Below are positions 59,600 to 64,000 of a stretch of DNA of 64,000 bases, one piece after another. Position numbers and translations under genes: made by a program. The stretch comes from a virus: IMG/VR virus record IMGVR_UViG_3300031715_000002, positions 1-64,000 of that record. The stretch is one strand, 5' to 3'. The notes beneath the pieces are model-generated. The model had not been told where the DNA came from and did no database searches. It was given only the letters and a program-made list of their open reading frames with translations. Every line of letters begins with the position of its first letter. Position 1 is the stretch's first letter.

Positions 59600-60979
59600 T
59601 TACTCAAAACTCAGCGCATCCGTATGTCGCTCGCGTTTGCCTTTCTTGGTTTCGGCCTTGGGTGGCTCGCCTGCAGGACCAGTTAGGCCAATCGACCCCA
59701 TGGTCTGCCACTTCGGGAACTCACCCGGCTCCTCGATGACGCGGTATAGCACACCCTCGTAGATGCACTCGGTACCCAGTTTCAGGTCATCCGGAGCGGG
59801 CATCTCGCCTTTGGCGTATGTGATGATCGGCGGTTTGCCAGATGCCGTTTCCTGGGGTTTCTGGGACGTTTGCTGGCCTGTTGGCTCCGGGGTGGCAGTA
59901 GAAGGCTTGGGTGCCTCCTGGGCAGGCTCAGCGGGCTTGGGAGTGGCGTCGGCGGCGGGCTGCGGAGCGCTGCCGGCCGGTTCCGTTTTCATGCGCACGG
60001 TATCGTCCTGCTGCTTTTTCTTTTGCGCTTCGATCTTTTCCAAGATAGCCAGTTTGGCGGCGGTGGGCTTCTCACCTTCCTCTGGCTGTTCGTTCAGCGC
60101 CATCACGTCTTTCCACGTGGCTACGCCTTCGCAGATGGCCATGTAGATGCCGCGGAGGTTCACGTACTCGCCGGGCGTGCTGGCGGACACCGGATGCCCT
60201 AAGTATCGCTCAATCATGGACGGCAGGATGCCCTTGTCCGCGAAGGCGTCAAGAATCTTTTTCTTGGTGCCCTCCGGGTCGCTCATCGCAGAATTGGCAA
60301 GCGTATCCCAGATCTTACGCTTCCACTCCTGTTTGTAGTGCGGCGGGAGCAACTTTTCGGCCAGCGTGCGGATGGCCTTGCTCACCGATGCTGCTTCCGA
60401 TTGGGAAACTTCGGCGTCCGTCGCCTGAATGATGTACACGGTATCGCCGTAGCTGTTCTCGCGTGTGGCAAGCGGCGTTTGGCCCTGTTTGATTTTCCGG
60501 CGCTCAACGGTTTTCGGAGTCGTGATGACCCGCCAATAGGCGTTATTGCTTTCGATATCCCAGACACCGACACGTGTTACGCGCTTTTGTTCGTCTTCTG
60601 CCAGCACAATGGTTTGCACGTCGATGTTGCCAGCCTCATAAATGACGGCCTCTAGGAATCTGATAGAGAATCCGGTGGGCCACTCTTCGGGAGCCTTCAG
60701 CAACCGCTCGCGTTTGTCTAAGTCGGCCCAACCTTCTGGCGCGCGGCTGATTGGCTTGACGTAGAGTGCTTCTGCGCAGAACTCGCTATCGCGGCAGAGC
60801 TTCATCATGTTCTGCCGCACGTCGTCCCATGAACGCCGGTTGCGGATGGCGACCATGATTCTGGCCTCGACCATGGCGCGCTCTTGCGCCGCCAGCGCGA
60901 CGGCTACTGGGTCTTGGTTCCTCGCCACTGCGTAATCATCGCGGCGGACGATATCGGTTGATTCTCGTAAAGGTGTCAT
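59600..60979 (-). CDS. Putative single-strand annealing/recombination protein
   Basis: Directly after YqaJ; GFSIRFLE, WDIESN, SKAIR. Confidence 0.6.
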   Translation of the reverse strand: MTPLRESTDIVRRDDYAVARNQDPVAVALAAQERAMVEARIMVAIRNRRSWDDVRQNMMKLCRDSEFCAEALYVKPISRAPEGWADLDKRERLLKAPEEWPTGFSIRFLEAVIYEAGNIDVQTIVLAEDEQKRVTRVGVWDIESNNAYWRVITTPKTVERRKIKQGQTPLATRENSYGDTVYIIQATDAEVSQSEAASVSKAIRTLAEKLLPPHYKQEWKRKIWDTLANSAMSDPEGTKKKILDAFADKGILPSMIERYLGHPVSASTPGEYVNLRGIYMAICEGVATWKDVMALNEQPEEGEKPTAAKLAILEKIEAQKKKQQDDTVRMKTEPAGSAPQPAADATPKPAEPAQEAPKPSTATPEPTGQQTSQKPQETASGKPPIITYAKGEMPAPDDLKLGTECIYEGVLYRVIEEPGEFPKWQTMGSIGLTGPAGEPPKAETKKGKRERHTDALSFE

Positions 60980-60988
60980 CTCTTCTCC

Positions 60989-62035
60989 CTACTTCCAGTT
61001 TCTTGGGCACAGCAACTTGCGCGCGCCATGCTTTGTAACTATCTGGCTTTGTGCCGCCAGTTGCTCGAACGTTTGCGCCCACCAGTCGGGATACGTTTGG
61101 TCCGCTACTAGCGCGTATCGCTTCAGTAGCTCAACCCGCCACCCCAACTCCCGCGCTACCTTTTCCCAGTCCACCCCAACGCTATCCGCATCCTTGCGCC
61201 ACGTCACCTTGCCCAGGCTGCTATTCAGGCCGTCCGCATCGCCAATCAACTGCTTGACTTCATTGCTGAGCGATTCTTTCTCCTGTTCGGCGCGGTTGAA
61301 CTCGTCGCGCGCCAACTTCAGGCGCATCAGTAGCGCCTCTTCCTCTCCCGTGGCCTGCCGTAGCACTTCCACGTTGCGCGGGAATCGCTGCCTGAGATAT
61401 TCCTTGGCCGTCTCCGTACAGCCGATGGGCGGCGCTACGCGCGCCAGCACGTGCTCACGCCAGAACTTTTCGCACTCTTCCAGCAGCACCGCTTCCAAAT
61501 CGGCATCGAAGTGGATGCGGTAAATACGAAGATCATCAAGCCCGCAGATTGCCGCGGCATCGGACCATGGCAGGCCGGTTGTGGAACAAGCCCACTGCAA
61601 CTGAAGGCTCACACGGTCGGGTACCTTATCGGAGCCAGTCTCGCCCCATTCATAGGCCTGGTCCCAAGACACCGTTTTCGCATCAACCATCCCGAGCGCT
61701 TGGATTCCAGCGGCAGGCACATAAATCGGCGTGGCAGAAGACGCTTCGCTACTGATTACGAAAGCATCGGGGCTTACTACCTGCCATTCTCGGTCGGGAT
61801 GCCGGATGGTTTCATCGAACCAATAGCATTTACACCTACGCTCATCGCCGTACCACGCGACTACGCCACGTTCCAGGTATTTTCCGCGGCGCATTCTGGC
61901 GTTTGGCGGTTGCCGCTTTACTAGCCCCAGCTTATCGGCGTAAACTGAGAACCTGTCGCGGCGCGTATCTAGGCCAACGACGGCACACACATCACTGCCA
62001 CCAATTCCACGTGCGCGTATGCGATTGTCAATCAT
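60989..62035 (-). CDS. YqaJ-like viral recombinase/exonuclease
   Basis: RARGIGGSD, G.YLE, SPDA, DAKT, QLQW. Confidence 0.9.
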   Translation of the reverse strand: MIDNRIRARGIGGSDVCAVVGLDTRRDRFSVYADKLGLVKRQPPNARMRRGKYLERGVVAWYGDERRCKCYWFDETIRHPDREWQVVSPDAFVISSEASSATPIYVPAAGIQALGMVDAKTVSWDQAYEWGETGSDKVPDRVSLQLQWACSTTGLPWSDAAAICGLDDLRIYRIHFDADLEAVLLEECEKFWREHVLARVAPPIGCTETAKEYLRQRFPRNVEVLRQATGEEEALLMRLKLARDEFNRAEQEKESLSNEVKQLIGDADGLNSSLGKVTWRKDADSVGVDWEKVARELGWRVELLKRYALVADQTYPDWWAQTFEQLAAQSQIVTKHGARKLLCPRNWK

Positions 62036-62264
62036 TTACTCCTCTTCCGCCTAACTGCCTGCCAACCGCTTCGCCACTCGAAACTTTCAGCGCTCGCAAG
62101 CGGATAAGGATTATCGAGCAATCGCCTTCCATCACGATTCGCTCGCATACCTGCTCTCTCTGCCTTTAGCAAGGCTCGCTCATGCGCTTGCTCGGCCTCC
62201 ACTTGCTCATCCACCATAGCGATTACGCTGGCCCAGTCCACGCGCTCAAGAGATGAGGGGAAGC

Positions 62265-62828
62265 TCATTGCCTCAACCTCCACGCCAGTTTTGCCGCCAG
62301 CCGCGCATCGGCCAGTGCATCGTGCGCGCCATCAACCGGAATCCCCAGAAATTCGCATACCGTGGTTAGCTTTAGGTTGTTCGGCTTGTCTGCGCGGTCG
62401 AAGTACTTCCAGGCGGCCAATTGCAGGCAGTCCAACACGTGGTAGCTGCACGGAAAGAACTGATCACCGTACAACCGTCGTAGCCTCGGAAAATCGAACG
62501 TCAGCGCATTGTAGCCAGCCAACCGCGCCATGCTGTACGGATTCCCCGTTCGCTTCGAGATCATCTCAATCGACCGGTATGGCTCCATCCACTTCGAGAA
62601 CTTGCGCACGGCATCCGCTGGCGGGATGGCTTCAGCCTTCCAGACTTCGCGGTCGTAGCCGTTCATCTTCAGCGCTTCGGGATCGGCATCGACTTCGTTG
62701 AATTGCAACTTGGCCTCAAACTGCGAGACTTCCGTGCCTGAATCGTCAACGGCAATTGCCGCCAACTGGATGTCCGGTTGCGTGTCAAGCAAGCCGCCGG
62801 TTTCGAGGTCGAAGAAAATGGTGAACAT
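62265..62828 (-). CDS. DnaQ-like 3'-5' exonuclease
   Basis: DLETGG, GYN..FD, AHDALADA. Confidence 0.9.
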   Translation of the reverse strand: MFTIFFDLETGGLLDTQPDIQLAAIAVDDSGTEVSQFEAKLQFNEVDADPEALKMNGYDREVWKAEAIPPADAVRKFSKWMEPYRSIEMISKRTGNPYSMARLAGYNALTFDFPRLRRLYGDQFFPCSYHVLDCLQLAAWKYFDRADKPNNLKLTTVCEFLGIPVDGAHDALADARLAAKLAWRLRQ

Positions 62829-62861
62829 GTTTATCCAGCCAGAAGCACAGCCAAAAGTCTG

Positions 62862-63842
62862 GGCTTTCCGGATTTCGTTGTGTCGCTTCGTACATTGTTC
62901 GCTCTCATTCATTTAGTTCTCTCTACGGATTTTGCTGTGGCGGAACACACTCAAATCCGGTGTTCATACTGATCTGTTCCGGCTCCGCTACGAGTTCGCA
63001 TAGCGGCAAGACCGACTGCGATAACCGCTTGGCAGCGATCTCGCAATACTTCTCTTCAATCTCGATTCCGATGGCCCTTCGGTAGCACTGCTTTGCGGCC
63101 AGCAATGTGGTTCCGCTGCCCATGAAGGGGTCCAAGATCACGCCATCCGGCGCATGGCGCATGAGGGATGCCAACAAGGGCAACGGCTTACGGTGCGGGT
63201 GCTGGTTACGCCCCACGCATCCGTTACCCGTCCTAAATCGGAGGATCGAAAAGGAGCCATCATCTACCCGACGCCAGCCAGCCCCCCGCACGAAGATCGG
63301 CTCGTGGTTATAACGCCACGGCCCCCCGTTTAGGCCACCTTCAGCCTTATCCCAAACCAGCCTGTAATCCCAATCGCCCGGAGGCTCTGGTAGCCGTGGG
63401 GTTGAGAAGATCAGCATTGGCTTGTTGGTGGCACCGATAAGCCAATCACGCACCGCACAATCCAAGTCGTTAGCGATCACATCGCCGTGTCTGCCGTAGC
63501 TTCCCGCTAACGCCTGAAGGCCGTAGGGCGGGTCAGTGATGACGCAATCCACTTTTGGCAGATACGATAGGATTTCCTTGCAATCGCCGTGATAGATCGT
63601 GATGCCGTCTTCGTTGTAGTATGGCTTCAGCATGGCATCCCGCTCCCGTTGTAAAAGTTCACGTTCCGCTCTCCAGTCCAGTTCGCCCCACAGTGCGCCG
63701 AACTTATCCGGCCCGTCGTAGGCTTCACACCACGCAATCTCCCGGTCACATCGTTCGATTGCGGCGGCGTAGCTGGTAATCGGGATTGGCTTGCCCATAG
63801 CGTTGAATCCGCTATCGGCATCAGTCTCAATTTTGGATGGCC
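62862..63842. mobile_element. Non-autonomous ISL3-end cassette (copy 3) carrying an intact MTase
   Basis: Left end GGCTTTCCGGATTTCGTTGTG with an inverted site pair; right end (rc) GGCCATCCAAAATTGAGACTG matches the 53225 end at 15/21. Confidence 0.65.
62923..63633 (-). CDS. N6/N4 DNA methyltransferase (beta class), apparently intact; in-frame upstream extension
   Basis: TDPPYG, HPHRKP, LDPFMGSGTT, IGIEIEEKY. Confidence 0.92.
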   Translation of the reverse strand: MLKPYYNEDGITIYHGDCKEILSYLPKVDCVITDPPYGLQALAGSYGRHGDVIANDLDCAVRDWLIGATNKPMLIFSTPRLPEPPGDWDYRLVWDKAEGGLNGGPWRYNHEPIFVRGAGWRRVDDGSFSILRFRTGNGCVGRNQHPHRKPLPLLASLMRHAPDGVILDPFMGSGTTLLAAKQCYRRAIGIEIEEKYCEIAAKRLSQSVLPLCELVAEPEQISMNTGFECVPPQQNP

Positions 63843-64000
63843 TCGCCTGTCCAAGAAATTCCGCCATTATCGGTCTCCCTTAACCCTTGGAAGTCCAGCC
63901 CTGAGAGCAAGCACGATGATGTCTCTCTTCGGCAATTGCCTGTCGATGCTCACATGCTCAATCTCGCAGTTCAGATCGGCAGGAACCCTCACCCGCAATG

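Larger units (their letters stand above)
1..64000 (-). mobile_element. Tailed phage/prophage genome segment (replication, packaging, lysis/appendage and head modules); no att site or integrase visible
   Basis: TerL, TerS, portal, MuF, XkdF protease, endolysin, YqaJ and replication initiator, densely packed and co-oriented. Confidence 0.95.

Noticed and set aside
62851-63852. 8-bp target-site duplication around copy 3
   Set aside because: Flanks (AAAGTCTG vs TCGCCTGT) do not match, so the right boundary remains less certain

Overview
The whole window looks like part of a tailed dsDNA phage or prophage (Caudoviricetes). The host is possibly an Acidobacteriota bacterium; this is only an inference from the style of the exported proteins. 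Almost all genes are on the minus strand. Read right to left, the order is: (1) recombination, replication and DNA-modification genes (DnaQ-like exonuclease, YqaJ, SMC-like ATPase, DndC-like PAPS reductase, four DNA methyltransferases of which three are broken, dCMP deaminase, replication initiator with ori-like repeats); (2) a short plus-strand island at 36.2-39.5 kb; (3) ParB, TerS, TerL; (4) an unusual ~24.6 kb block between TerL and the portal, holding small genes, an HTH/HicBA-like cassette, a GH73 endolysin, ten consecutive signal-peptide-bearing Cys/Thr/Gly-rich fibre-, spike- and collagen-like genes, and small membrane proteins; (5) portal, MuF, a 1040-aa multidomain XkdF-type prohead protease, and a protease-strand/scaffold gene that runs off the left edge. 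Main candidates for novelty: the Sec-exported virion-appendage-like operon; an ISL3-related element family with a conserved multi-site end (CAC-N5-AWTCCG) that carries and hits DNA methyltransferase genes; the enzyme-loaded prohead protease with an apparently circularly permuted histidine-phosphatase fold; and repeated kissing-loop leader RNAs. All family assignments come from motif recognition by eye, not from database searches.
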